A stretch of 32,000 nucleotides of DNA from Methanocaldococcus jannaschii DSM 2661. GTDB lineage: Archaea; AGJL01; Methanococci; Methanococcales; Methanocaldococcaceae. Shown here one piece after another: positions 1 to 8,638 of this stretch. A model generated the notes under the pieces. It was given only the letters and a program-made list of their open reading frames with translations. It searched no databases and was not told the origin of the DNA. The DNA lies in the NCBI RefSeq assembly GCF_000091665.1, contig NC_000909.1, positions 910,712-942,711 of the forward strand. Direction: 5' to 3'. Each line of letters opens with the position of its first letter. Within the stretch, counting starts at the first letter, position 1. Position numbers and translations under genes: made by a program.

Positions 1-291
1 AAAATTATGTCAAATATTGTTGGGATTGTTGCTGGAATGAGTTATTCTATTGAAGAAGTGGATTGGATGAAGCCGATATTTGCAATAACAGAGGATGAAA
101 ACGGCTATAAGGTATCCGCACGATGTCCTAAGCTATTGTGCTTTGCTGAGGATGTGAATTTAGCCAAGGCAATAAAATATGCATCAGAAAAGGTTAATGG
201 TAGTGGGGGAGGGCATAAATTTGCCTGTGGGGCATATATTCCAGATAATAAAAGAGAATTTATAAAATACCTTGAGATTGCTTTGAGATAA
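1..291 (+). CDS. C-terminal end of a DHH/DHHA1-family (RecJ-like) phosphoesterase; the 5' part lies outside the window
   Basis: The frame is open to base 1. The tail contains '[12 protein letters not shown]', the GGGH DHHA1 motif. 'VSARCPK' parallels 'VSARCRK...GGSGGGHSEAGG' in the complete DHH protein at 7649-8638. Confidence 0.7.
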
Positions 292-311
292 AAATATTTT
301 ATGGGGATATT

Positions 312-979
312 ATGCAAATTCCAATTTTAATATGCCGTTTAAAGACAGATAAACCACTTAAAAAATCGCAAACACCATTTTTGAGGGGCTATATTTTAAA
401 CAAATTTGGAAAAGAGGATTATGTAGAATTACACAACCACAGCGGAATGGTTTTCTCTATACATATCCAAAAATACAGTATAAGATTATTGGTGGAGATG
501 CTGTTTTAATTGGCATAAAAGAGGGGATAAACATTTTGGGAGAGATTATTTTAAATATTAGAGAGTTAAATTTAAAAGGAGAAGTTTATAGGGTTGTTAA
601 TGGCTATGCAAAGGTGAAGTTTGAAGAATTTGGAGTTGCTGAGAATATGATTAAGTATAAGTTTATATCTCCATGGATTGCTTTGAATGAGAAAAATTAT
701 TTGGAGTATAAGGAGTTAGATGAAGATGGAAAGAAAGAGTTGTTAGAGAAAATTTTAGTTGGAAATATTTTATCTATGAGCAAGTATTTAGATTATACAG
801 TTGAAGAAAAGTTAAAAGCAGGGCTTTTAGAATATGAAGACTTTGTTGTTAAATATAAAGGAAATAAGTTTATTGGCTTCTGGGGAGAGTTTTTGGTTAA
901 TTTTAACATTCCTAATTATTTAGGAATTGGAAGAAAGGTTTCCAAGGGTTTTGGGAGTGTTATAAGAGTTGAAGAGTAA
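312..979 (+). pseudogene. cas6: cas6 (CRISPR repeat endoribonuclease) interrupted by a frameshift
   Basis: ORF 312-509 encodes 'FLRGYILNKFGKEDYVELHNHSG'. The frame of ORF 536-979 is open from 362 and reads 'YTYPKIQYKIIGGDAVLIGIKEG' before the listed Met. The C-terminus 'GIGRKVSKGFGSV' fits the Cas6 glycine-rich loop GxGxxxxxGxG. The frame switch must fall around 444-458, at a 'ggttttc' T-run. Confidence 0.65.
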
Positions 980-1003
980 GTAAAAATAGAGGAAATTTAA
1001 AAA

Positions 1004-1597
1004 TTAAACCTTCCTAATGAAAGGATATGCAATTAACGCCAAGCCAATTATCATTGTTAGATACCAACCTGTCCCCACCTGAATCTTTATAATATCCTTA
1101 GAGAGATAACTGGATTTTTCATTGACCACTCCCGTTATTAAATCTATTGGAGTGACTTCTTTACCTCCTGTAAGAGCTAATCCAGAATCTGATGAGTTCA
1201 GCCCTACTGTGAATAACACAACAAATATTGAAGCACAGGTAATTCCTGCTATTCCAGCTCCAACTACAACCGCTTTTTTATCAACGAATATTGAGGCAAT
1301 GTAGAGGATTATTGGAATTATACCAAATATCATCATAAATGTTGACATTTTTTCTTTAACAGCCATGTCAAAGTATTGTTTGACATATGGCATCATCATT
1401 TCTACAAATATGTTGTTTGTATCAGATTTAATATCTGATGAAACTCTAAATGGTGCGAGATTTACAGATAAATGAATTCCTTCGTCTGTCTTTATGTTTA
1501 TCGTAGAGGCAGAGATTGTGAGCCATGGGAGAAACAAAGCAATAATCCCTACAACAATGAGGGCTATTTTTATATAGTCAATTTTCTTTGGTAACAT
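1004..1597 (-). CDS. Integral membrane protein of unknown function (several predicted TM helices)
   Basis: 197-aa ORF with hydrophobic stretches (IALIVVGIIALFLPWL, FMMIFGIIPIILYIASIF, VVVGAGIAGITCASIFVVLF, WYLTMIIGLALIAY). A Shine-Dalgarno 'gaggtga' lies upstream of the ATG at 1597. Confidence 0.6.
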   Translation of the reverse strand: MLPKKIDYIKIALIVVGIIALFLPWLTISASTINIKTDEGIHLSVNLAPFRVSSDIKSDTNNIFVEMMMPYVKQYFDMAVKEKMSTFMMIFGIIPIILYIASIFVDKKAVVVGAGIAGITCASIFVVLFTVGLNSSDSGLALTGGKEVTPIDLITGVVNEKSSYLSKDIIKIQVGTGWYLTMIIGLALIAYPFIRKV

Positions 1598-1855
1598 TTT
1601 TTCACCTCGCTTTAATTTTTTAAATTTAGATTATATGGTAAATGATACTCTTTTTATGTATTAATTTATGCTTTATCTAAGTAATGTAAAGTAGAACTTC
1701 TCTAATACTACAAAACTCATATATATATACTTTACGGTTTTAGTTTAGTTAAAAATATTGGAATATTTGAATTAATAAATTAATGTTTAAAAAAAGATTT
1801 ATTCTTCTTTGAGAATTATAAGTTAAAATTTTTGGTAGTATATGGAAAAAAATAG

Positions 1856-1961
1856 GTTTTATCCTTGTTTTAATGGACTAAGAGTTCAAACAAAAGAACA
1901 TAACTGTGATGAAGTTGTTGCAGTCCTCCCAATGTTTCCATCCTTATTTTAATGGACTAAC
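1856..1961 (-). CRISPR. Two-repeat CRISPR-like mini-array (repeat-spacer-repeat)
   Basis: 1856-1882 is 'gttttatccttgttttaatggactaag' and 1934-1961 is 'gtttccatccttattttaatggactaac' (24 of 28 positions shared, one indel), separated by a unique 51-nt spacer. Each repeat has an internal palindrome TCCAT...ATGGA. On the minus strand the repeat reads GTTAGTCCATTAAAATAAGGATGGAAAC and ends in ATGGAAAC, like archaeal crRNA 5'-handle-generating repeats. A cas6 remnant lies about 900 bp away. Confidence 0.5.
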
Positions 1962-2219
1962 GATAAACACTTACTCTTTTTTCTTATTATACTCAAACTC
2001 CCATATATAATTTTCTATTTTTATCCAAATTTCTTACTGTATGATTATTAAAACCTTTAAAATCTTAAAAGTCCTTTGGATTTTTAATCCCGCATCTAAA
2101 GATGCGGCTACAAACTCGAAGAGTTTATTTAACCTACTCGCTACGCTCGTAGGAAGCAAGAAAACAAAATTAAAAAATCGAATATCAATATTAAAAAACT
2201 AAAAAATAGTAAAAATTAT

Positions 2220-2888
2220 TTATTCTTGAGCTTCAGCAGTTTCTTCTTCAGCTTCTTTTACAAATCCTTCATTTTCCTCTTTCTTAGCTAATGATAAAAC
2301 TTCTGATTTGTAGATGATAACGTTTTTAATTGGGAATATCTTCTTACATTCATTCTTTATCTTCTCAGCCATTTCTCCAAACAACATTGCCTGAACATAC
2401 TGTGGGAATGTCTTTTCTTTAGCCATTGCCTTTATAATCTCTTCCATCTTCTTTCTAATGTCTGATTTTTGTTTTGTGTTTGCTCTGTAAGCTGTTAAGA
2501 CCATTGCCTTTGTTCTTATCTTATGGCCGTCTTGGGTTTTAACATCAAGGATAGCGTCAATTCTACTTCTTCTTCTTCTGATTTGTGACTTCATAAATTC
2601 TCTTGTTGTATCATGTCCATAATATTGAGCAATTGCCTTATTTCCTGTAACTCCAAAGATTTTGAAATAAACTCTGTGCATGTGTTTTGTTGGGTCTCCT
2701 GTTAAATCTCTTAAGCTTGTCTCAGCAACTCTTCCTAAAACTAAGCTTGGGTCATTTGCTGGGGTGTAGCCAATAAATACTCCTCCAAATTCTGGTGTAG
2801 CATAAATTTCATACCATACTTTCTCTTTCCATTTATCTCTCACTTTTCTTACTTTCCTTCTTGACCTTGCAGTTCTTGCAGTAGCCAT
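2220..2888 (-). CDS. rps3ae: 30S ribosomal protein S3Ae (eS1)
   Basis: 222-aa ORF. The N-terminus 'ARSRRKVRKVRDKWKEKVWYEIYAP' and overall sequence are typical of archaeal eS1. SD 'aggtga' lies upstream. Confidence 0.9.
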   Translation of the reverse strand: MATARTARSRRKVRKVRDKWKEKVWYEIYATPEFGGVFIGYTPANDPSLVLGRVAETSLRDLTGDPTKHMHRVYFKIFGVTGNKAIAQYYGHDTTREFMKSQIRRRRSRIDAILDVKTQDGHKIRTKAMVLTAYRANTKQKSDIRKKMEEIIKAMAKEKTFPQYVQAMLFGEMAEKIKNECKKIFPIKNVIIYKSEVLSLAKKEENEGFVKEAEEETAEAQE

Positions 2889-2925
2889 CTTTTCACCTTA
2901 AAAAATTTAGTTGTGGTTTTAGGAA

Positions 2926-3534
2926 TTATTCACCCTTATAGAACTCAGATAAATCAACATAGTTTCTTACAGGTCTTGTTACATCCCCATACAATCTTTT
3001 TATATCCTTAGCTTTTGCTTTTTTAGCAGTTCCTTTTTCAGTTTTTATCTTCTTTAACCTAAAGAATCCATCGTTTATCCTATAAACTTTCTCTACTTCA
3101 AACTCAAAATCATTTGGGACATAGATGTATATACCATAAGTTTTACTTCTATCATTTATTGATATTCCTAATTTTTTGGGAATGGATAAAGATTTTCCCC
3201 AAATAACTTTAATATCTTCACCTAAGGCAGATTTAACTGATTCAGGTGTTTCAATTTTTGTTATCTCAATTTTCTCTCCATCAATTTCAATTGTGTCTCC
3301 AACTTTGTAAGTTTCATCTTCAGGGATATTGATTACCTTAGATTCTGAAATATCGTATCTGCTTATAATTAACTTTGCCTGGCTTAATTTAACCTTATCA
3401 ACAATCTCCCTTACAGATCCACAGTTTGGACATCTAACTAAGTAATATGCAGATTTGTTATAAATTTTTTTCTTTAATACTTCCTGCTCTTCAAACCCAC
3501 AATTCTCACACTTAAGATATATTTTTTCAGTCAT
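2926..3534 (-). CDS. Conserved zinc-ribbon protein of unknown function
   Basis: Two CxxC pairs (CENCG...CPNCG) near the N-terminus. The ATG at 3534 is preferred over the tracked TTG at 3540. It lies between two ribosomal protein genes on the same strand. Confidence 0.6.
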   Translation of the reverse strand: MTEKIYLKCENCGFEEQEVLKKKIYNKSAYYLVRCPNCGSVREIVDKVKLSQAKLIISRYDISESKVINIPEDETYKVGDTIEIDGEKIEITKIETPESVKSALGEDIKVIWGKSLSIPKKLGISINDRSKTYGIYIYVPNDFEFEVEKVYRINDGFFRLKKIKTEKGTAKKAKAKDIKRLYGDVTRPVRNYVDLSEFYKGE

Positions 3535-3567
3535 CTCCAAAAACCTCTAAGTATTTTGTTTATTTAT

Positions 3568-4236
3568 TTATTTTCTTCTTCTCCTTCTTCTTCTCTTGTC
3601 TTTTGGTTGAATTATAATTCTGTATTTTGGATTTGCTGCCTTTTCTAAAAACTCTTCATAAGTGAATGGTAATTTTGTATCGTCAGTTATAACTCCTCTG
3701 TTTTTGAGATACTCTCTTGTTAATAAGTAGTAGATTAAAGCAACTGCTTTCTTACCCTTGTTGTTTGTTGGTATAACTAAGTCGATGAACGATGTTAAGT
3801 GCTCTGTATCACATAAACCAACTATTGGAACTCCAATTTCTGTTGCCTCTTTCAATGCCTGTCTATCAACTCTTGGGTCACTGATAAATACAACTTCTGG
3901 CTCCATAAACCCTTTGTATGCAGGGTTTGTTAATGTTCCAGGGACAAATCTTCCTGCAACTGTTCTAATTCCAGTGTATTTTCCAAACTCTTCTAACGGT
4001 CCCATTGTGTAGATTCTTCTTGAAACAGCTAATATATCCTCTGGTTCGTATCTTGCTAAGAATTTAGCAGCTATTCTTAATCTCTCATCAGTCTTTCTAA
4101 CATCTAAAACATACAATCCATCACTTCTTACTCTGTAAATAAATTTCTCCATGTCTTTTGTCTTTTGCTGAGTCCCTATATGGATACCTGAAGCCAAGTA
4201 TGTGTCTAATGGTACTAACAATTCCTTCTCACTCAT
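3568..4236 (-). CDS. rps2: 30S ribosomal protein S2 (uS2)
   Basis: '[21 protein letters not shown]...VISDPRVD'-type uS2 sequence. The ATG at 4236 has SD 'aggtgg' 5 nt upstream; the tracked start at 4245 is GTG. The C-terminal tail is arginine-rich. Confidence 0.9.
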
Positions 4237-4355
4237 ATTTTCCACCTTTAAAAATAGTTGTTATCTTTTTGAATATTGTCGGGGATTTAAAAATTAGTGG
4301 TTGTTTCCCCTAAAGGATAGAAATAAGTATAAGGGAGTATATAAATTTTATCAAT

Positions 4356-4940
4356 TTACTTACCTCTTCTTCCATGAGCTCTTATACTTGGTCTAACCTT
4401 CTCAGCTCCTATTCCTTTGTTTCTTAAACCTCTACCCTTCTTACCAGCTGATGTTAAACCTCTGAATGCTCTTCCTCTGTGTTTTCCAGTGCATAACCAG
4501 TTGAGTTGAGGATCAGCTTTAATAGCTGGGTGGTATGGGTCAACTAATATAACCTCATACCACTTGTGTTTTCCATCTTCTCCAACCCAGTAGCTGTTTA
4601 AAACTTCCATGTTTGGATATTTTCTTGCTGCTCTCTCTTCAGCAATTCTTTGAATTGATTTACCCATTGTTATCTTGTTAACCCCAAGTGTAGCTGGCTT
4701 CTTTGAGTTCTTTGGTCTTGGTTTTCTTAAACCTCCTCTTCTAACTCTTACTCTGACAACAATTATTCCTTGTTTTGGTTTGTATCCTAATGCTCTTGCT
4801 CTGTCTAACCTTGTTGGTCTCTCAATTCTTACAACTGCTGGTTCTCTTCTCCACTGCTGTAATCTTTCCCATAATAGCTGTCTAACGTAACTCTCTTTTG
4901 GTCTTTTCCATGCTTCTCTTATATACTTGTAGATTCCCAT
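4356..4940 (-). CDS. rpl15e: 50S ribosomal protein L15e (eL15)
   Basis: '[34 protein letters not shown]' is the characteristic eL15 N-terminus. SD 'gaggga' lies upstream. Confidence 0.9.
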   Translation of the reverse strand: MGIYKYIREAWKRPKESYVRQLLWERLQQWRREPAVVRIERPTRLDRARALGYKPKQGIIVVRVRVRRGGLRKPRPKNSKKPATLGVNKITMGKSIQRIAEERAARKYPNMEVLNSYWVGEDGKHKWYEVILVDPYHPAIKADPQLNWLCTGKHRGRAFRGLTSAGKKGRGLRNKGIGAEKVRPSIRAHGRRGK

Positions 4941-5086
4941 TTTATCCCTCTTCTATGGGTTCAGCATTGCCGCCACATCCCCTTTTATAATATCAAAGCT
5001 TTAGAGTAAATAACTATAGACAACTATTATATTAATTTAACGGTTATTTGAAAAGTTGTAATCACAAGTAGATTGTGGTGAAACTT

Positions 5087-5743
5087 ATGAAAAAATTGGA
5101 AGATAAAAAGGGAATTATAGAAATTACGTTTGAAGAAGAAAGAGAAATCTTAGAGCTACCTTCAAAACCTGAACTGCCAAAATATGCCTCTCAACTTATC
5201 AATCTTGCAAATATATTTTCACAAGGCACACGTCCAAAAGTCGTTGGTCAGATGAGTGAGTTAATTAAAGAATTCAGAAAAACTGGAGGTAGAACATTTG
5301 AAGATTGGAAGAAGTGGTATTTGCAAAAATATCCTAATGCGATTGATGAAGCTACTGAAAAAATTTGGAACATGCTTAATAATTTTAAAGAAACCTTAGA
5401 ACAGTTGGAAAGAGATGATGTAAGAAAGTGGGTTGAGGATTTAGTTCTTATAAAAACTTATGAAGGGCTGATGTTGCAGGATGCTATTTTGAAAAAAGTT
5501 GCAGAGGAACTTGGTGGAAATTATCGCCCTTCTACTATAGAAGAAGAATCTAAAGGTATTGATGGAGTAATTATTATTGATGATAAAGAAATTCCTGTAT
5601 CAATTAAATCTAAAACTTATGTCAATCAGGAAAAACACTTGTCTGAAGAACTTAAAGGGCATTTAATTATTTATGAAAAGAAGAAAAATAAAATTATTGT
5701 TGATTACTCCGATTTATTGGATTTAGTTGAAAATACGAAGTAA
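5087..5743 (+). CDS. Putative type II restriction endonuclease, partner of the adjacent methylase
   Basis: Convergent with the methyltransferase, with stops 6 nt apart. 'GIDGVIIIDDKEIPVSIKSK' could be a PD-(D/E)xK-like D...(S/E)xK core. The ATG at 5087 has SD 'ggtga' 5 nt upstream. I recall an Mja restriction-modification pair at this locus but cannot recall the specificity. Confidence 0.55.
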   Translation: MKKLEDKKGIIEITFEEEREILELPSKPELPKYASQLINLANIFSQGTRPKVVGQMSELIKEFRKTGGRTFEDWKKWYLQKYPNAIDEATEKIWNMLNNFKETLEQLERDDVRKWVEDLVLIKTYEGLMLQDAILKKVAEELGGNYRPSTIEEESKGIDGVIIIDDKEIPVSIKSKTYVNQEKHLSEELKGHLIIYEKKKNKIIVDYSDLLDLVENTK

Positions 5744-5749
5744 TTATCA

Positions 5750-6661
5750 TTAACCACGATTAATAAATTCTACATTAAAATCCATTCCTATTCTTTTTTG
5801 CTTAATTCCAATTTTTTCTTCAATTATTGGCTTTAGGGATTTATCAATTTCATATCCAATAGAGTTTCTTTTTAATTCAATAGCCGCTTTTACTGTTGTT
5901 CCAGTCCCTAAGAAAGGGTCTAAGACGGTGTCTCCAATTATAGAAAACATCCTTATTAATCTTCTTGGAATCTCTTCTGGAAATGATGCCGTTCTTCTCT
6001 CTATTTTTGGATGTGTTTGCTTATCTCCAACAATCTCCCAAATTTGAGAGAACCATCTGTCTCTCTCCTCCTTAGTGTATGCACTTGCATATCTTAACGG
6101 GTCTTTTGGTTTAAACTTTCTTGGTTTTCCTTTCCTAAATATTAATATATACTCAACATCTAAGGTTACATAAGCATTTGGAGGAAGAAATCCAGAACCT
6201 AAGAATGCATTTGGCTTGTTTGAGGGTTTCTTCCATAGTATATATGGGAGAGTAACGAATCCAATCTTTTCAAAGTTTTCTATAATCTTAGAATGATTTG
6301 GAAATAGTCTAAAAACTCCGTTTATTTTTCTTGTAGCGTCTCCTATGTTGATGCATGCAATTCCTCCTGGAACTAAAACTCTATAGACTTCTTCCCAAAC
6401 TGGATATAATGTTTGATGCATTAAATTATATATTTGCATGATTAATTTTTCTTTTTTCTCTTCATCTTCTTCATTTTCCATCTCCATCCAACGCTTATTT
6501 ATTTCTAGATTTAACATTTTGAATAATTCATCCCACATTTCTATCATTGGATATGGAGGTGATGTAACAACTAAATGCACACTTTCATCCTCAATTTCAT
6601 CCATTTTTCTTGCATCTCCAAAGATTATTTTGTGATTAGTTGTTATATCAATACTCATCAT
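5750..6661 (-). CDS. DNA methyltransferase, beta-class N4-cytosine/N6-adenine type
   Basis: Catalytic motif IV 'TSPPYP' is near the N-terminus and the AdoMet motif I 'DPFLGTGTT' is near the C-terminus (order IV->I). SPPY is typical of N4-cytosine enzymes. Confidence 0.85.
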   Translation of the reverse strand: MMSIDITTNHKIIFGDARKMDEIEDESVHLVVTSPPYPMIEMWDELFKMLNLEINKRWMEMENEEDEEKKEKLIMQIYNLMHQTLYPVWEEVYRVLVPGGIACINIGDATRKINGVFRLFPNHSKIIENFEKIGFVTLPYILWKKPSNKPNAFLGSGFLPPNAYVTLDVEYILIFRKGKPRKFKPKDPLRYASAYTKEERDRWFSQIWEIVGDKQTHPKIERRTASFPEEIPRRLIRMFSIIGDTVLDPFLGTGTTVKAAIELKRNSIGYEIDKSLKPIIEEKIGIKQKRIGMDFNVEFINRG

Positions 6662-6855
6662 TTATCCCCTATTTCTTTCTTTATGGTGGTTGATATAATT
6701 GATTTTTCAGACAGCCATGTTAAAACAATGGTTCTCACAATTTCAGCATCAGTTTGTCCTAAAATTCCTCTAAAATTTTCAATTAATTCCCACTGACTCT
6801 TAGTGAATGTAACTTGAACTCTTTTTATATTATTATCTTTTTCTCTTTGTGTCAT
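6658..6855 (-). CDS. Small ribbon-helix-helix (CopG-like) protein, translationally coupled to the methylase
   Basis: 'KRVQVTFTKSQWELIENFRGILGQTDAEIVRTIVLTWL' fits a strand-helix-helix pattern. The ATG at 6855 has SD 'aggtgag' upstream. Its TGA overlaps the methylase ATG (ATGATGA, 4-nt overlap). Confidence 0.55.
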   Translation of the reverse strand: MTQREKDNNIKRVQVTFTKSQWELIENFRGILGQTDAEIVRTIVLTWLSEKSIISTTIKKEIGDK

Positions 6856-7062
6856 AATGTACTCACCTAAAACACATATTAAACACAATATTATTTAAAG
6901 TTTGTGTGATTATTATCTAAGACACTATAATTTTTAACTAAAAAATCAAAAATGACTGTAAATTGCATAACAATGAAGTTTAGATACTACGAATAAAAAT
7001 TCTGCTTATCTAAGGAGGAAAAGATTTTTATATTATTGGTAGTTATTTTACTATCAGCAATA

Positions 7063-7173
7063 TATAGTTTTTTGCAAAAGTGATTAAAATTAATAAAGGA
7101 AAATTGAACGCCTTTTATTGAAGGCGTTCATTATAATGTCTTATTATTCCAAAATGTTTTGCAAAAAACTATA
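7063..7173. mobile_element. MITE-like element, copy A (111 bp)
   Basis: Perfect 17-bp terminal inverted repeats: TATAGTTTTTTGCAAAA (7063-7079) and TTTTGCAAAAAACTATA (7157-7173). Central hairpin TGAACGCC(tt)...(aa)GGCGTTCA at 7105-7130. Homologous, in inverted orientation, to 30517-30626. Confidence 0.65.
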
Positions 7174-7196
7174 AAGCTTAACTTGAGGTGACTGTT

Positions 7197-7538
7197 ATGG
7201 AATTACCACCACAAATTCAAGCTCAATTGATGCAGTTACAGCAATTACAGCAACAACTACAAATGATTTTAATGCAGAAGCAGAGTGTTGAGACAGAATT
7301 AAAAGAATGTAAAAAGGCATTAGAAGAGTTGGAAAAATCTTCAAGTGATGAAGTTTATAAATTAGTTGGTGGATTGTTTGTTAAAAGAAAAAAGGAAGAT
7401 GTCAAAAAAGAACTCGAAGAGAAAGTCGAAACATTAGAGTTGAGAGTAAAAACATTAGAGAAGCAAGAAGAAAAATTACAGTCAAGATTAAAAGAACTTC
7501 AAGAAAAGATTCAAAAAATGATACCTACAGCACAATAA
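7197..7538 (+). CDS. pfdB: Prefoldin beta subunit
   Basis: Coiled-coil protein '[22 protein letters not shown]...[11 protein letters not shown]...' typical of prefoldin beta. The ATG at 7197 has SD 'gaggtg' 6 nt upstream. Confidence 0.85.
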   Translation: MELPPQIQAQLMQLQQLQQQLQMILMQKQSVETELKECKKALEELEKSSSDEVYKLVGGLFVKRKKEDVKKELEEKVETLELRVKTLEKQEEKLQSRLKELQEKIQKMIPTAQ

Positions 7539-7648
7539 ATTAATCCTATCTTATTTTTGTTTGTTATTTTAATTTTTTAGCTTTATTATTTTTAGAAGTT
7601 TTAAGCTTTAAATTATGATTGTTTTAATTTTATTTGTGGTGAGCAAAA

Positions 7649-8638
7649 ATGGAGTTATTGGAATATTTAAAGAGGGATGAGGTTCTTTTTTTATGTCATC
7701 ACAATGCAGACCCCGATGCAGTTGGAAGTTGTGTAGCTTTAAAATACTTGGCATCTCAATTAAATCCAAATGGAAAGTTTAGAATTTCAGCAGATTCTGT
7801 CAGCAAACTCTCAAGAAATATTTTAAATGAGATAGGGGAGAGGGTTGATATTGAGATTTATCCTAAACTCCCAGAAACAGTTTTTATAGTTGATACTGCA
7901 TCAATTAATCAGTTAAAGGTTAATTTTGATGAGCTGAAGGAGAGAGAGGTTATTTTAATAGACCATCATAAGAAGACAGATTTAGCTGATATATGTAAAT
8001 ACTATATAATTAAGGAGGATTACCCATCAACATCTGAGATTATAGCAGAGATTTTTAAAGAGCTAAATATCTTTCCACCAAAAAATGTTAGAATTGCTTT
8101 ATTGTGTGGAATAGTTTATGATACAAAACATTTAAAGTTAGCTAATTCAAAAACGTTTGAGTTGATAAGCTATTTGATAAAGGACATAAGCTTTCAGAAG
8201 ATTCTCTACCTTTTATCTCAAGAGAGTGACGTTAGTAAGAGAACAGCCCATTTAAAGGCATGTAGTAGAATGGAAATTAGGGAATTCGATAAGTTGAGAA
8301 TAGCATTATCTCATGTTAGTTCTCATGAGGCATCTTGTGCAAAGACTATTGTAAGCATAGGAGCAGATGTTGCCTTTGTTGTAGCTGTTAGGAAGAAAGA
8401 AAAAGAAATAAGAGTCAGTGCAAGATGTAGAAAGCATGTTTCTAAGTATGTGCATTTAGGCAATTTGATGGAGAAGATTGGAAAAGAACTTGGAGGAAGT
8501 GGAGGAGGGCATAGTGAGGCTGGTGGACTAAATGCTCCTTATGATAAGAGTAAGAGCAAAGAGAAGGTTATAAAAGAGGTATTAAACCTCTGCTATAAGA
8601 GGTTTGTTGAGGAATATAAAAAAGCAAAACAAAATTAG
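7649..8638 (+). CDS. DHH/DHHA1-family phosphoesterase (NrnA/RecJ-like)
   Basis: Motifs 'HHNADPDAVGS', 'DHH' (LIDHHK) and DHHA1 'GGSGGGHSEAGG'. Confidence 0.8.
   Translation: MELLEYLKRDEVLFLCHHNADPDAVGSCVALKYLASQLNPNGKFRISADSVSKLSRNILNEIGERVDIEIYPKLPETVFIVDTASINQLKVNFDELKEREVILIDHHKKTDLADICKYYIIKEDYPSTSEIIAEIFKELNIFPPKNVRIALLCGIVYDTKHLKLANSKTFELISYLIKDISFQKILYLLSQESDVSKRTAHLKACSRMEIREFDKLRIALSHVSSHEASCAKTIVSIGADVAFVVAVRKKEKEIRVSARCRKHVSKYVHLGNLMEKIGKELGGSGGGHSEAGGLNAPYDKSKSKEKVIKEVLNLCYKRFVEEYKKAKQN

Noticed and set aside
2011-2038. Possible third, degenerate CRISPR repeat at the expected 77-78-nt period
   Set aside because: Only 15 of 28 positions match the best repeat, which is too close to what AT-rich background could give. 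It is not counted in the array.
3568-3600. Poly-arginine C-terminal tail of uS2 ([11 protein letters not shown])
   Set aside because: It is most simply a lineage-specific basic extension of a ribosomal protein. There is no sign of a frameshift or a separate element.
3758-4890. Antisense ORFs within rps2 and rpl15e (3758-4012 and 4675-4890). Similar cases occur in the methylase, valS, ilvE, pstB, hacA and ATPase genes.
   Set aside because: They are all embedded opposite well-supported genes, have low-complexity products and lack translation signals.
6859-6862. A GTAC site between the SD and the start of the RHH gene, considered as a methylation-sensitive autoregulatory site
   Set aside because: I cannot recall with confidence which recognition sequence belongs to this restriction-modification pair, so the idea has no support from the sequence alone.
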